Below are positions 37,228-51,256 of a stretch of DNA of 64,000 nt, one piece after another. Each line of letters starts with the position of its first letter. Position 1 is the stretch's first letter. The DNA is from Euprymna scolopes (taxonomy: Eukaryota): NCBI GenBank assembly GCA_053919585.1, contig CM132792.1, one strand, 5' to 3'. A model generated the notes under the pieces. That model was not told the DNA's origin, searched no databases, and saw only the letters and a program-made list of their open reading frames with translations. The position numbers and the translations under genes were made by a program.

Positions 37228-38666
37228 TGTTTTCACATTTGACGAATTTCAAGAGGAGACAATTCAAAACGATTCGCATAACGTATTCGTAAAATCAAAA
37301 TAAATACACTTAATTAACAATAAAACAAAATAAAATAGTATCTGCACATTTATTGAATTGAAATAAATTTAGCTTTAATAAAATAATTAGAATTTCGAAA
37401 TAAATTGCAACAGACATTTTTTGTATTTATATAAAAATGTACGACTTAAAAATACAAACCTTTTTGAAATGCATGAACTTTTTAAACAAACTTTTTAATG
37501 AACAGTTTTTGTAAGAAAAATTCTTAAATGAATGAAAATGGTTATTATCATTCAAACACAGTAGTGTTTGAACATATGGTTAAGTGATAGTTTTGTTCAT
37601 TTAGAACTGCTTTAAAGCTTCACCGCTCACTCATTTTGCGACCAAATTTCAAACAATTTTACAGTTCATACGTTACCTTCTCAGCTATATTTTGATATAA
37701 AATTTTTCAATTTTCGTTCATTAAAACAAAAGTTATAATAAAATTACTGGTATTCAAAAGTCTTCAGAATTAGTAAGGAACATGAGAGACGGTTTCTTTT
37801 TATCCATAGCAACTTTTTCAACATTGACGTTTTAGAGACGATTTCTTCTGATTAGCTATTGGTAACCATAGCAACTTTTCGTCGTCAACACCTTCATAAA
37901 TCATAGCGGAAATAGCATGCCATCTTATTTGTTTTTTATAGAGAGAGTTAACAAAAGTGATGCTCTCGCCGTGCTATGGCTGATAATATTTCACTTACGA
38001 CGTCGCCCGTTAATTCTGTTTCTCTCTTTTTTCCTTCTTTCTGTTTATTTACTTAATAAAAAATCAAATAAGACATAATTGAGTCAATTTAAGAAGTTGG
38101 TAATATTTTTTTATGCATTGTGACACTGAGTATGATATGGAATACAGAAAAATATTTACAAATTAAAGCCTGGAAAAATCATGGATTACATAGAAAAATG
38201 TGAGGATGAAAAGTAATATGGTTAAGATTAAACTTAGAAAAGTAAAAGGACTAGTTGTTAAAACTGGAAAAGAAAAAAAACAAGATATTCTAGTAAAATA
38301 TATACTAAATTTATAACTTAAAATATTGCAGAATTAAGAATTTATAAACAATGTTAAAACGAATTTTTTTTATTCTTAATACTGCAATATTTTAAGTTAT
38401 AAATTGATTATACTTTTTACTATAATATCCTGCCTTTTTTCTTTTCCAATTTTAACAACTAGTCCTTTTACTTTTCTAAGCTTAATCTTAACCATATTAC
38501 CTCTCATGCTCGCATTTTTTTATGTAATACGAAAATGTATGACTTTAAAAAACAGGAAATTTCACAAAATTAAACTTTCATAATAAATCAAAATAACCAT
38601 TAAAAATGATAACCTTAAAAAATTTATTGAATTGTCTCCCCTTGAAATTCTTCAAAAGTGAAAACA
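37228..38666. mobile_element. TIR element (Tc1-like MITE) containing a long internal palindrome
   Basis: TGTTTTCACATTTGACGAATTTCAAGAGGAGACAATTCAA at 37228 vs TTGAATTGTCTCCCCTTGAAATTCTTCAAAAGTGAAAACA at ~38627-38666; internal arms ~38185-38340 and 38373-38530. Confidence 0.7.
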
Positions 38667-39108
38667 AAAAATGCATAAGTGTCTATAATTGTGTTAAATA
38701 GTAGTATAGAATATACACCCAATTCTTGATAGATCCTTTTTTACAGTTACTTGAACATTTTTCAATAAGAAAATAAACGAACTTTTCTGTATACATATAT
38801 GAGCAGGTTGTTCATACGTGTTTTTTTCTTCTCCTTGCCTTGCGTTGTTTCCCTCCGTCGGCGTTTTTCACTTCTTTTCATGTAGAAAGACTAACACAAG
38901 GGAGACGTTCGCGGGGTGTTTTCAGGGTTGCATTTGTAGAAAACGGATTCAGGAGAGGGACAGAAACTAATGTTATCTTAATCATTATTAACGTCTTAAA
39001 TTTAACATTATAACTTAAGAATTAAATGACGCATACGCACATAGACATCGGTAAAATTCGCTGAGATTATTACTTTTTTACATAATGGGCCGAGTCTTGT
39101 TCGCATAG

Positions 39109-39155
<47 letters not shown>

Positions 39156-40184
39156 ATTTGAAATGTTTCATTTTCTTTCGCTTGAAAACGTTATATTATT
39201 AGTCATATCTTCATATCGTTCGACTCCTATCTTCTGTTTTACAGACCCGGGTTGCCATCATGCACTCAATATGATTCTTGTTAAAATTCACACAAGTTAA
39301 CTTAATTGCTACTGACGTATGGTCCCTAATATGTAACACAATCCGTCTGTGGGATACAGTACTGTATGGCTGTTTTCCAGTTGACTACAACATAGTCGGC
39401 GCAAACAAATTCTTAATAAGATGTCGTCTGTTACAATAAAATTCTATTCAGTTTTGACCATCGTCACCAATTCACTGGACAAACTCATTTACCTTATCTG
39501 TGATTGGTCATTGGTCATTGATATATGTTGCTTCGTTGAGAACAAAAGATAAACTCCTTTAATAAAATAAAGAACTCTGATAACTCGCCTGCTAGTCATT
39601 ACTTATTCGATGGGGACAGTGGCTCGTGTTTTCCACAAATCTATTTACAACAAACTTATGCCAGAAAAGATAGAAATAAAGAAAGAACAAATGAAAACCT
39701 GATCGATTTATTTACGGTGTGTTAACTAATGGATTATTTTTAGGCTGATTTGACTTTTTCTTACATGTAGCATCTGGTCTTTTTTTAAAATGGTAACCCA
39801 TCTAGTTTGACCAGTCTCAAGGTAGCTTAACTTACTGGAATTTCAAAGTTAATATTATGACGTTCGCCCATTGCTTGCGAAGATGATGGGGATCATGCAG
39901 TTGTTCTGAGGGTTCGAAGATGGTTCGTCAGTTCAATAAAAGCTTTGAAGTATTTCTTGCAAAGCAGGGCACCTGTGGGATAAATTTTGTCTTGAATCTG
40001 GCACGCGACATATATGACCTACCCAACGAATCCAACAAATCCGAACGTGTGGCAGTATGAAGACTGGACTAAAATATGTGTGTCTGATATATTGTCTTGC
40101 TTCTTTATTTCCATCAATCTACGAAGCATATACGGTAAATACGGTCCATACTTTGCATGCATGAGAAGAATCAGACTCAAAACA

Positions 40185-40414
40185 CTGTACATGAAATTTG
40201 GTCTGCTGTCGAATTCCTGTACATGAAATTTGGTCTGCTGTCGAATTCCTGTACATGAAATTTGGTCTGCTGTCGAATTCCTGTACATGAAATTTGGTCT
40301 GCTGTCGAATTCCTGTACATGAAATTTGGTCTGCTGTCGAATTCCTGTACATGAAATTTGGTCTGCTGTCGAATTCCTGTACATGAAATTTGGTCTGCTG
40401 TCGAATTCCTGTAC
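40185..40414. repeat. Perfect 32-bp tandem repeat, 7 copies
   Basis: TGTACATGAAATTTGGTCTGCTGTCGAATTCC starting at 40186, 40218, 40250, 40282, 40314, 40346 and 40378. Confidence 0.97.
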
Positions 40415-41551
40415 GCTCCCACACAATGAATCAATGACGGGAAAAGCAGTGCTAGTCTTGGCTATCTTGCACACGACTTTGTCGTCTATGCGCAGTGTAC
40501 TGGCCCTGACAGGGTACTGATCAAGTAAGTGAACTTTCCCCGGCTTTTAGGTTAGCTCTAGGAATTGAGATATGAGGCTCAACATATAGTTTCCCCAGTT
40601 GAGGCCGGTACATTATCTCGGTCGTTTTTTATGTTAATAGTCGGCTCGATATTGTCGTACGCCTCAGAAAAACATCTAACAATGATTATAGCCTTACAAA
40701 GAAAGAGAAAGCAAAGATAGAAAGAAGCAAAATAGAGAAGAATGGAATAAAAGCCAGTAAACATTAACATTTTTAAGACGACAGATAGAAAAAAAGAAAC
40801 AAAACTGAAAAAAAGAAAGAGGAAAAAAGAGAGTGCTACAAGAAAAAAGAAATGTAATAAAAAAATAAAGAAAGAAATGATTGACAATGTGAAGAAGAGA
40901 AAGAAAGAAAGAAAGGAAGAAAAGAAAGAAAGAATCCATAATGTGTAAAAAAAAAATGTTTTAAATAATGTGTTATAGTGTGAAGAAAAAGGAGAGAGAT
41001 AAAAAGAAAGAAAGAAAAAGTGCCATAGTGTGACGAAAACAAAACAGAGTATCGGGGGGGGGGACATAATGTGCTATAAGGTGATGAAAAGGAAAGAAAA
41101 TAAGGAAAGAAAGCGTAGCGGTGTTAAGGACAGAAAGGAAGATAAAAGAAAGAAAGAAAAAAATGTGTCAAAGAAAACGAATGACTGAATGAAGAGTTAG
41201 TGAAAGTGAGCAAGCTTGGCATTATAAAAATGATAGAAATTAAATCAGAAATATACTGATGTATTTCAGAAATGCCAAATTTTTGGCCTTGGAGAATTCA
41301 GGTCACGTGATAATTTTTGTAGACAGTGTAATCTAAGAATACGTAACCTCGTCTGAAATTACCGGGCGCTATTTTATCAATAGATTTTGAAAACAACAGA
41401 AAACAATTAAACTCAAATTATGTTGGAACAAAGAAATTTGGAACTGGTCAATTACATCAGTACCGAAAGAAATAGCGACAAAGAGAATTTTTTAAAAATG
41501 ATGACTGAGTTGGGAATAAATGAAAGCCAGCATTCAGCGGTATTACATAAA

Positions 41552-41582
<31 letters not shown>

Positions 41583-43207
41583 TCAATTTAGGGCTAGAAA
41601 CGTGTCAAAGTCAGGAAGACAAAAAGAGATGCGCCCCAGAGATGTCGACTGCTTGGGTGGGGACAGGATATTAACTTCCGGTCAGTTCTGTTTCAATATG
41701 AAATCTCTTTCAATCGGTGTATCACGTGATCGTTACACATGCCCATAATATCTGTAGGAAAAGTGCAAACAAAACTGGTGTCAGTACTTAAATTTAGTTC
41801 GGGAGGGGAAGAAGATACTCAGTTTAACATTCGATTACCGTTCTCTTAAACCGCCTTGTCCCCTCTGCTACCCTTTTCATTCGGAACCCCTTCTTTCTCC
41901 CACGTCCCCTTTAAATCATGCCGTAGTCGGGTGACTAAATAAAAATGTTTAGTTTGCGTCTTCCACCCTGAAAGACGATACGGTCAGTTAATTATTAAAT
42001 CGTGAGCCATTGACACATGGGTTTGCTTCTACCTTTTTATTGGTACATCGTTTCTTTTCAATTCCACAATTTGTACACACCCGTTTCCTGGCGGGGAAAA
42101 GGGAACGAAGGGAAAAACAGAACGAGAGAAAAGTCAACGAAAAACTCAATGAAAAGAAAACAGAAAGAAAGAGATAGGAAAAAGGGAAAAGCAGAAAATG
42201 AAAGAGAAAAATAAAAACAACAGGAAACAGACAAAAAGGAGAAGAGTCAAACAGAATAAATGAAAAGAAGCAGTAATCCTCATACTCTTCTGNNNNNNNN
42301 NNNNNNNNNNNNNNNNNNNNNNNNNNNNNNNNNNNNNNNNNNNNNNNNNNNNNNNNNNNNNNNNNNNNNNNNNNNNNNNNNNNNNNNNNNNNNNNNNNNN
42401 NNNNNNNNNNNNNNNNNNNNNNNNNNNNNNNTATATTAATATTTTATGTACCGATTTTCAGTATTTAATTTAACAGTATTCAGTACGTAAGTAGAGCTAG
42501 GTAGTAAGTTATAAAAGAAATAGAAATCAGCGGAACTATTGTCTGATAAAAGTCCGGCCATTGGATAATGAAAACATCGACGAGAATATCAAAGAATGTG
42601 ATCGGTTATCTAGCAAACTTAACACCACAGCAGTGTTCTTAGATATGTTTTGTACAGAAATGGATGCGATAAGTATCAAAAATCGAAAAAAATCCGATCT
42701 TAAAAATAGTTTTTCTGAAACAGGATTTTTATAGGGGGAATATTTTACATTACACTGTCAAGGGAAATAATAAATAAAATCTCCACAAATCATTTCTTCT
42801 TTAAAAAAAAAAAAAAAAAAGAAAAGATTTATAATCTGGAGATATAGCTGAGTTAGAGTATTCGACTACATATCGAATAACCCTTGTTCTTGTCCGGGTG
42901 TACATCATTATTTTATTTCATTTTTTTTTTTCTTATAATTGAGCTCAGTTTACCATTTAAACTCGCCGCAAATCATTTCTTCGTTTTCATATTTTAAAAC
43001 TAAACATTTATCAGAAGTGACTTTTCCAGTTCATTCATCGTCAAACCTAAATATTAGCTGACGTGATATTGTAAACAAACACAGACGGAATTTGATAAAC
43101 GACCTAATCATTATTATTGCTTTGTTTGTTTGTTTGTTTGTTTTTTGTTTGTTTGTTTGTTTTTTGTGAATTAGTCCAGCGGGAAAATTATTCCTCATAG
43201 AATATGA

Positions 43208-43959
43208 TCTCTATTATATAAAAGATACTTTGTATGTGTGTGTGTGAGTTCGTTCCTCACAAGTTCCGAAACTATCTTTTGCAAATTTCACACAAAGGTA
43301 ATTTATATGTCTGGCAGTGTTCTTAGATATATTTTGTACAGAAATTCATATAAGTATCGAAAATCGAAGAAATCTGATTTTAAAAATAGTTTCTCTTATA
43401 GATAAAAGAATTTTTACAGGAGAATATTTTGCGTTCCACCGGCCAAGGAAAACAATAAATAAAATTTTAGCAAATCATTTCTTTTTAAAAAAAAATTAAA
43501 ATTTAAAAAAATTGTCATCTTGAGATATAACTCAATGGTAGAATATTCCTCTAGATCGAATAACCTTCTGTTCAAGTCCGGGTGTGCCTCACAATTTTAT
43601 TTCATGTTTTCTTATTCATAAGTTCAGTTTACGATGAAAGAAGAGGTCCATTTAAGCTATTTCTTTGTTTTCATATTTTAAAACTAAACATTTATCAGAA
43701 GTGACTTTTCCAGGGCATTCATCGTCAAGCCCAAATATCAGCTGACGTGATATTGTAAGCAAACACAGACGGAATTTGATAAACGACCTAATCATTATTA
43801 TTTTTATTTATTTTGTTTTTATTTTTGTTTTTTGTTGTTTTTTTGCAAATTAGAGTATTGATTCGCAATATATACATACAATACATACGCAATCTGCAGA
43901 AATTAAAATATCATGTTTAAGCGTATTCCACGACTGGGCAACGCCGGGTGGTTCGCTAA
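43208..43959 (+). mobile_element. Non-autonomous Helitron with H2-type ends; partial tandem copy at 42631-43170
   Basis: A|TCTCTATTATATAAAA...CTGGGCAACGCCGGGTGGTTCGCTAA|T; interior 43315-43850 duplicated immediately upstream. Confidence 0.78.
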
Positions 43960-44711
43960 TTGGATTATAATTATCATATCTGAACTCTCCCTCGTCCTCT
44001 CGAATTTTTTCTCCTTTTCTATCTCATTTTTCATCTTTACGTCTTTCTCTTTCCCTGCCATTTATCTCTCTTCTATCGCTCCTCACTCTTTCCCTCCCTC
44101 TCCCTCTCGATCTATTACTCCTTTTCTCTCTCTCCTTCAGTCTCTCCTCCTAACCTTTCTCGCTACCCTCACTCTATCTCTTTCTCCAGTGCACATCAAT
44201 GATTGAATTAAAAAAGAAAATCCGTATATCTCTAAGTAAATAATAACACGGAGAGAATTAAAAAAAAAAAAGAAAAACAGTTCAACAATAAGGATTAAGA
44301 ATGATTTAAAGTGGATTTAAATTGTTGCATTATTATTTACCTCCCTCCCCTCCTCATCACTCTCCTCTTCTTCTTCTTCCTCGTCTTCTTATTATTACCC
44401 CTCTTCCTCTCTTTCTCTTTTATCTGATCTTTCTTTTTCGTCCTCTCCTCCTCCTTCTAATCTCTTATTTTCTCGCCATTCCCGATCATGTGACTCTTCC
44501 AAAATAATGACTAGAACGTTGGTTTATTTATTTATTTATTTATTTTCCTATAAAATATTAACCTTTTAATTGTAATCGAATGTATACTTATCATTTTGGT
44601 GCAATGATAGGATTCTTAAGCTTTCCTTAATTTTCCATAAGTATTATCATTGTTACTTTCTGGAAAATGTTTGCTATATCCCAAGAAAACACTTGTATTT
44701 CAAAATGAATG

Positions 44712-45304
44712 TGTAACGTTTTATCTCGACGTATTTCAATCTTGATGCATCATTCTGACAAACACGCGAGCTGCTACGAGAATTGCATGGCTCCGGTCGC
44801 GAAGGATGTCAGGTTTCTTTTATTAGCTTCAATTAAGATCGTTTACTTGAAGTTTGATTTTGATTTAAAACACAACGCATTCGGTATTGAGACCCCCATT
44901 CCGGAAGCTTTGCGGAAAGTAATATTAATACTTACCTTCTATTACTCGCAGGTCTAGTTTGACCCAGAGCGGTAGTTGTACCTGTCAAGGTTCTATCTGT
45001 AACGTAGTACACAACCAATACGTTGTAATCTCAGTTTACGTCGGAAAGGAAACCAAGAATAAGAAAGAACTTCAACTCGCGTTTTGTTTTCTACAACGGC
45101 ATTTATTTCCTCGTTCTCTTGTTACCGCTGTGAAGTCTCTCACGTGATCGTCTTCTCGAGCATTATTCACACCTCGCACGTGATCGCGAACGTTATTCAC
45201 GTCTCTCCCGCGATCACCCCGTTTCTCCTTTTTATAGTCTTCTCCTCTCTACCGGCGACGTCATTTCGCGTTCATTTACATGCGCGCATCCGCACTATGT
45301 TACA
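44712..45304. mobile_element. Solo LTR (Gypsy-like, 593 bp)
   Basis: Termini TGTAAC...GTTACA with a perfect 4-bp TSD AATG (44708-44711 and 45305-45308). Confidence 0.85.
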
Positions 45305-45389
45305 AATGTAGGAGTCAAACTCGTTTAAAATCGTTTGTAAAGTCTTTTACAAAACTGTTGCGAAATCTGTGGAGGAGGTGTTTTTGCTT

Positions 45390-45862
45390 TGACAGAGTAC
45401 AAAATCGACTTCGAAATTTAGTGGGTGATGTCCTTTTCTCCTCCCTACTAGCTCTTCCTCACAGAAGAGACTACTTCTGCTCTCTCATTATTTTCAGGGA
45501 AAGTGCTCTACTATACTTCAATCTATGCCCCCTATCTGTAAAACATTCACAACAAACACTCGTCTACCTATAATCACTGTCAACAATTTGCCTTAGTCTC
45601 AATCTGTATATAAAACTAAACGAAAATCCCTTACTAGAACTACTCGGAGGTACTTCCTAACTTACTAAACATGATAATTTTCAAGTCTAATGTTAGCAAA
45701 TTCTTGTTGAGCCGTCCTTTTACATAATCATATCCTACATAATTTCAACCATTACCGATCATTACAATGTTGTCTCGCTGGCCACTTGACACTCATTAAC
45801 TCTTATCCTCGATTAGCTCTTGGGCCTTGATAAGCGGTGACCTCCAGTAATACTCCTGAAAA
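45390..45862 (+). mobile_element. Old family-1 LINE 3' fragment
   Basis: DRVQNRLRNLVGDVLFSSL..LPHRRD; 3' UTR GGCCTTGATAAGCGGTGA. Confidence 0.8.
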
Positions 45863-47430
45863 ACAAATTAATATACAAATCAACCATACACAAAACATGC
45901 GTACATTTGCAATGTATAATAATCATACATGCCGTACAATTCAACAGCCAACGAAAATGAAACATTTTTCAGAAAGCATTCATCATCATCATTTCATCAT
46001 TTTAAGGTTGGTTTTACATGCTGTCCTGTGTGAGACGACTTTAAGAGTGTGACTTATAGACTAACCTATATTTCTGGCCAGATCTTGTCTTTCTCTCAAA
46101 TTCAGAACTAAACACATGTTTAATACACACATCTATCATATCATTCTCATATTTCTTTCCATGCAACGCATGCCCTCAACACTTTAAGAAAAAAAAAATA
46201 CTAAGCTGAAACATGTTATTTTTTTTGTATCTGTTAACATGTATGCTGAATTTTTATAATAATACGCTATTAAATGAAAAACTTATAGTAAATTCATAAA
46301 ATTCTTGACAATTAGTACAATTATATATATACTAGCAGATCCCGTGGAAATTCCACGGTAGTTGAAAACATCATCACATACGCAAACAAGGAATGTCCTT
46401 CAATAAAATAATCAGTGTAATATTAGTTCCGATTAGACCATCAATTAAAAAATAAATATTTTTCTAGCCAAATATGGAGAACTGCTTGAGATATACTATT
46501 ACAAACAATAGAACTATAGTAAGGCATCACTTTTTCTATTGTTCTTTAATCAAAGTGATTTGTAAATCAGTAATAATTATGTCACAATCTTTTCTTGATA
46601 ATCTGATAGTTTGGCATGGAAGTAATAAGATTCGATAGAAACATGTTACATGGCAACTTTTGCAATTTTTTCATAGTACTACGAAAATAGAATGAATCAG
46701 TAAAATTATACTACTCGATAATTTGACGTGATTTTCTGTTTTAAAAACTTTTATGGACGTCACAGGTAAGATTTTTTTGCTTTTCATATGGGTACTCTAC
46801 TGTACAAGTAATTTATTTCTTGGGTTGATTACTGTACAAGTACCTTATTTCTTGTTTAAAAATAAATATGTTCGATTATTTTATGTAATTTTCTATTCTG
46901 CTAACTTTTCCGTACGTTACGGTTAAGAGCTTGTTTGTTTTTCATATGGGTGCTATACTGCAGAAGTACATTATTTATTATCTAAAAGTTATACCACTCG
47001 ATGATTGGACGTGAGTTTCTGTTTTAATAACTTTTATGTACGTCACAGGTAAGATTTTCTTTTCGTTGCGGCTAAGAGTTTGTTTTTTTGTTTTTTTTTT
47101 CATATAGGTATGGATATCACATGTTAACTATTACTAAACAAAGAAAAATAACATAATGCTTGGGAGACTTGCATTGTGATAACAAAACGAACACTATCCC
47201 CTGCCCATCCCCCTAAACAAAAACAGAGGAGATAAGGCCTGTGAGATTACCTTGTGACGACAAAACAGATACTAGTCTCCCTACTCCTGCCTAAAAAAAA
47301 AGGGCTTGATAATCCTTGGAAGCCTCAGGAGCACTTAATCGTGCTTGCTTCCCCCACAACCACCACCATCGTGACGTAATTTCTGGAAGTTTTTCCAAAT
47401 GTATACAGAAATGCACTGTTTTATTATGAA

Positions 47431-47853
47431 CTAGCCTGGGTGTCCGGCGTTGCCCGAGTGTTTGGAGGTGTGTGGTGAGCAAAAAAAAAAGTGTTAGTAG
47501 GCAGACAGGCTCGAACCCGTATGGCGAAGGAGGAAAAGAACTTGAGAAAAAAAAACCTGACGTCTTTGCCGTTGCGTCTATCAAAAAACTGGAAGTGGTG
47601 TAGGTTTAAATACAGGCTAGTCAATCGAAAAGAGAGGTTTACATTCGAAAATATCAGCAAAAAAGCGACCCCTCCTTGTAGAAAAGTGCCCAGTTGAGGG
47701 TGAAGGAATTAATGTTTTTAGCCAACTTTTCGATATTTGTCGTTCGAAGGGTCGAGCTTCAAAACGATACCGATCTTGTGAAAATCTGTCGCTTCTGTCG
47801 AAAGTTTTAGGCAGACATACATACATACGGATAGGTAAGCTTTATATTATAGA
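47431..47853 (-). mobile_element. Non-autonomous Helitron, family H1
   Basis: Reverse-complement homologue of 12790-13198; minus 3' end CGGGCAACGCCGGACACCCAGGCTAG. Confidence 0.82.
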
Positions 47854-49059
47854 CTAGCCTGTATAAAAAGCCAAGTAAAAAAGGAAATAAAATAAAATGA
47901 AAATACAACAACAAGGAAAAAATTACAAGAAGCAAATATTCTCTCATTGTAATTTCTTGATTTATATNNNNNNNNNNNNNNNNNNNNNNNNNNNNNNNNN
48001 NNNNNNNNNNNNNNNNNNNNNNNNNNNNNNNNNNNNNNNNNNNNNNNNNNNNNNNNNNNNNNNNNNNNNNNNNNNNNNNNNNNNNNNNNNNNNNNNNNNN
48101 NNNNNNNTCACTTCTGGGGAAAAATATCATAGGTTTGCAACAACAGATGCCACATACATATTCAATACATCTAGGCTAATAGCCATTATCTTACGTAACT
48201 TTCAGACACCATTTTAGACACATTAAGTCGCTACATTACAACCTAGGAGCAACACCATCACATCCGCAACATTTTTAAAGGGAGGAGTTCCTATTTTTTC
48301 CCTCTAAATATTTAGTCCTCCCACAACCACCATCCAACACCAGAAGGGAGGCTATACTTCCAGGCTTACACCGCCCTTAACTGATTCGTACAAACACAGA
48401 TATAGCATTATTTTTCCTGTATTAGACTAAAAAAATTAAAAAAAAGTCTTCCTCGGGGAAATCCGTTTCCTCTGAATGGTTGCCCGCTAATTCTCTTATT
48501 CCGGAATTACCTCATTCTAAACGAACATTTCAAAACAATACAATATGTCGACGATTTAATCCATAAACTTTACTGGTTTTATTTATTTATTTATTTATTG
48601 ACAACTGTTTTCGTGTGTGTTTTTTTTTAATACTTTTTCCTTTGCTTTATTAGTAAAGACGTATTTTTTGTTTTATTTGTGTTTGAAAAGTTAGTTTGCT
48701 ATTTTTATGCACTAACAGCAAATGCTAATCTGCTTTCTTTTGCTTTTTTTTTTTTTTTTTGCTCTATTACGTTTAAACAGTCTTAGAAAAAAAGCATCTT
48801 TTACGGTATAATCCAGTGTCGTATAAACATCCCCACCTCCCTATGTTAAACACGGCTTCCGAAGTTGGAGAGTGTTTATTCCGACAGCCGTTCTTCTACA
48901 TTCGTCTTTCTTTCTTTCTTTCTGTTCATCAAAACTTTCTTCCTTCTTTTTTTCTCCTTCCAATTTTTGCCCGTCTGCTCGCTCGCTCGCTCGCGTCTCT
49001 TTGCTCACTTTACACAAAGCATACATGCCGCATTTTTATTCGTAATTTTCACACACACA

Positions 49060-49132
<73 letters not shown>

Positions 49133-50250
49133 TTTTCCTCTTTGGTCATTCATTATATTCTTTTTGGACTTATACATTTACTGAAGCGTAATTATGTGAT
49201 TATTTAGAAGCCCATTACAAACGTGAAGAGGGGATATTGCAACTATAGCATACTCTCATCTTACAAATTTATAACAAATGCTGTAAAAAAACTTCTCTAC
49301 AAGACGCAATACTGCTAAAAAACAAATACAAACATTAATCGCTCAAAAATAGAAAATTAAATAATGGTAACCTTAAAATTATTCTAATGTTACATAAATA
49401 CTGGCAACTTATTTTTAACGATTCAGCATGTTAACATACATGCATAAGTAAAAACAAATTATAAATAGAAGTTTTGATAATCGCTCAAAATTTAAACATT
49501 AAATACTGGAACCGTAACAAGTTTGTTACGGTAAATCCGATTTGCATTTTACTACGCATTGCTAACCCTTTCTTTATGCACACGAAACTAACATAAAATG
49601 CAATCAAATACATTCTGCTCTTTCTTTGCTCGGACGGAACATTCTCAAATAATAAACACAGCATTGGTTTGAGAATGTAAATACGAGCAAAATACCGACA
49701 CGTCATTATCCCCACCCCAAAACGGCCATAAAAACTTTTTTTTGCGGGTAACAATGTTTAATTTTCGAGTATGGAGCGATTATGAAGACATTACTGATGC
49801 TATATTTTTTTCCTGTTAACGATTAAATTTAATTTTATATTCTTGACCGATTAGCAGTGTTACAATGCTGTGATTCATCAGGTCGATAATTTCTTCTTAG
49901 AACTGATTAAACACTTGCAAATAAGTCAGAACACAAAAATATTATGCAGGTAGGTTTCAACCTGTACCTGCAGGTTATCGCCTCACACTAACACTAATCG
50001 CCAGTAACCAACAATACTAAATATCACGGAATAAGCTTCTACTAGCTGTCACCGCGAAAAAATTGGCCGATAGTGGAAGCCAGATTATTTCATTTAGGGC
50101 ACGGCCACCAGTGCCCGTCAATTTCCATGGACGGCAGTGGCCACCTACAACAACCGTAGTTTAATTTGTTTCCGATGGGGGCTCCTTTAATGATTCTGTT
50201 CTTGATCTGTCATGCTTCCATCGGGCAACGCCGGTTAACGGATCCTGCTA

Positions 50251-50336
<86 letters not shown>

Positions 50337-50463
50337 GTTTTCAGTATTTACCTTGATAGTGCTCTCCATACGTAAATAGGACTAAGTAGATACGTAGTAA
50401 TTTTGAAAATGTATATGGCAATTAAGCTAAACAGAATTTTCCCGTTTCATCCTTTTCAGGTAA

Positions 50464-50515
50464 TAGCCTGACGAATCCTCACTAGGATGAAACGCGGAAA
50501 GTTCTGTGTAGATTA
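50464..50515 (+). ncRNA. Type I hammerhead, diverged family A'
   Basis: TAGC-CTGACGA-ATCCT(CACT)AGGAT-GAAA-CGCGGAA(AG)TTCTGTG-TA-GATTA. Core intact, stem I weakened; deleted inverted partner at ~50423-50460. Confidence 0.72.
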
Positions 50516-50694
50516 AATCCCATATATATTGTCATTAGTGGGTTTTCTATAAGTTGAGGTTGTATATTTTGTTGGGTTGCTGCAGTCTAGGAATGGAATT
50601 TTATTGGTTATATTTATTTCTTGTGCGAATTTAAGAATGAAGTGAGTTTGGAAGTTCTCTTGAAGTTTTTTAATGTCGCCGTAGAATTTGGACT

Positions 50695-51111
50695 TCTATA
50701 ATATAAATCTCACCTGTCTGTTTAAATGTACGTATGTGTGTATGTCTAGCAAGAACTTTAGACAGAGAAGATCGTTATCGTTTATAAGCTCGACCCTTCG
50801 GCCGACAAATATCAAAAAATTGGCCAAAAATATTCATTCCTTTACCCTAAACTCGGCCGTTTTGTACAAGGAAGGTCGATTGTTTTTCGCCGACATTTTA
50901 GCATGTCATCGTCACCGTTCGATGGACTTTGGTTAATTACAACACTTTTGACTTCCGGTCGCGTCATGGAGACATGAGCTAAGACGTCAGATTTTCTTTA
51001 ACATTTTTTCCGCCCTCGCGACACGGGTTCGAACCTGCCTGCCAACTACCACCTTTTTTGTGCTCAACACACACCTCCAAACATCCGGAAAACGCCGGGC
51101 ACCCAGGCTAG
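50695..51111 (+). mobile_element. Non-autonomous Helitron, family H1 (diverged)
   Basis: TCTATAATATAAA...CCGGAAAACGCCGGGCACCCAGGCTAG|T. Confidence 0.75.
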
Positions 51112-51256
51112 TTATTTTGTAGAAACCAGATGCATAATACGAACTAGATGAAAAGATAACAAATTTACCTAAAAGGTACACTAAACACATTGACCAAAAT
51201 GAAAAAATTAAACTAATAATACACTAATCTAAATTTACAACTTCTGACGTAATAAT

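Noticed and set aside
40185-40414. CRISPR array (32-bp repeat)
   Set aside because: Units are contiguous with no spacers, there are no cas genes, and the context is eukaryotic.
40579-41067. 162-aa hydrophobic membrane protein ORF
   Set aside because: Antisense of an A/G-rich low-complexity tract; the same applies to the poly-Y/I/F/L ORFs at 4674, 14811, 43913, 48816 and 58128.
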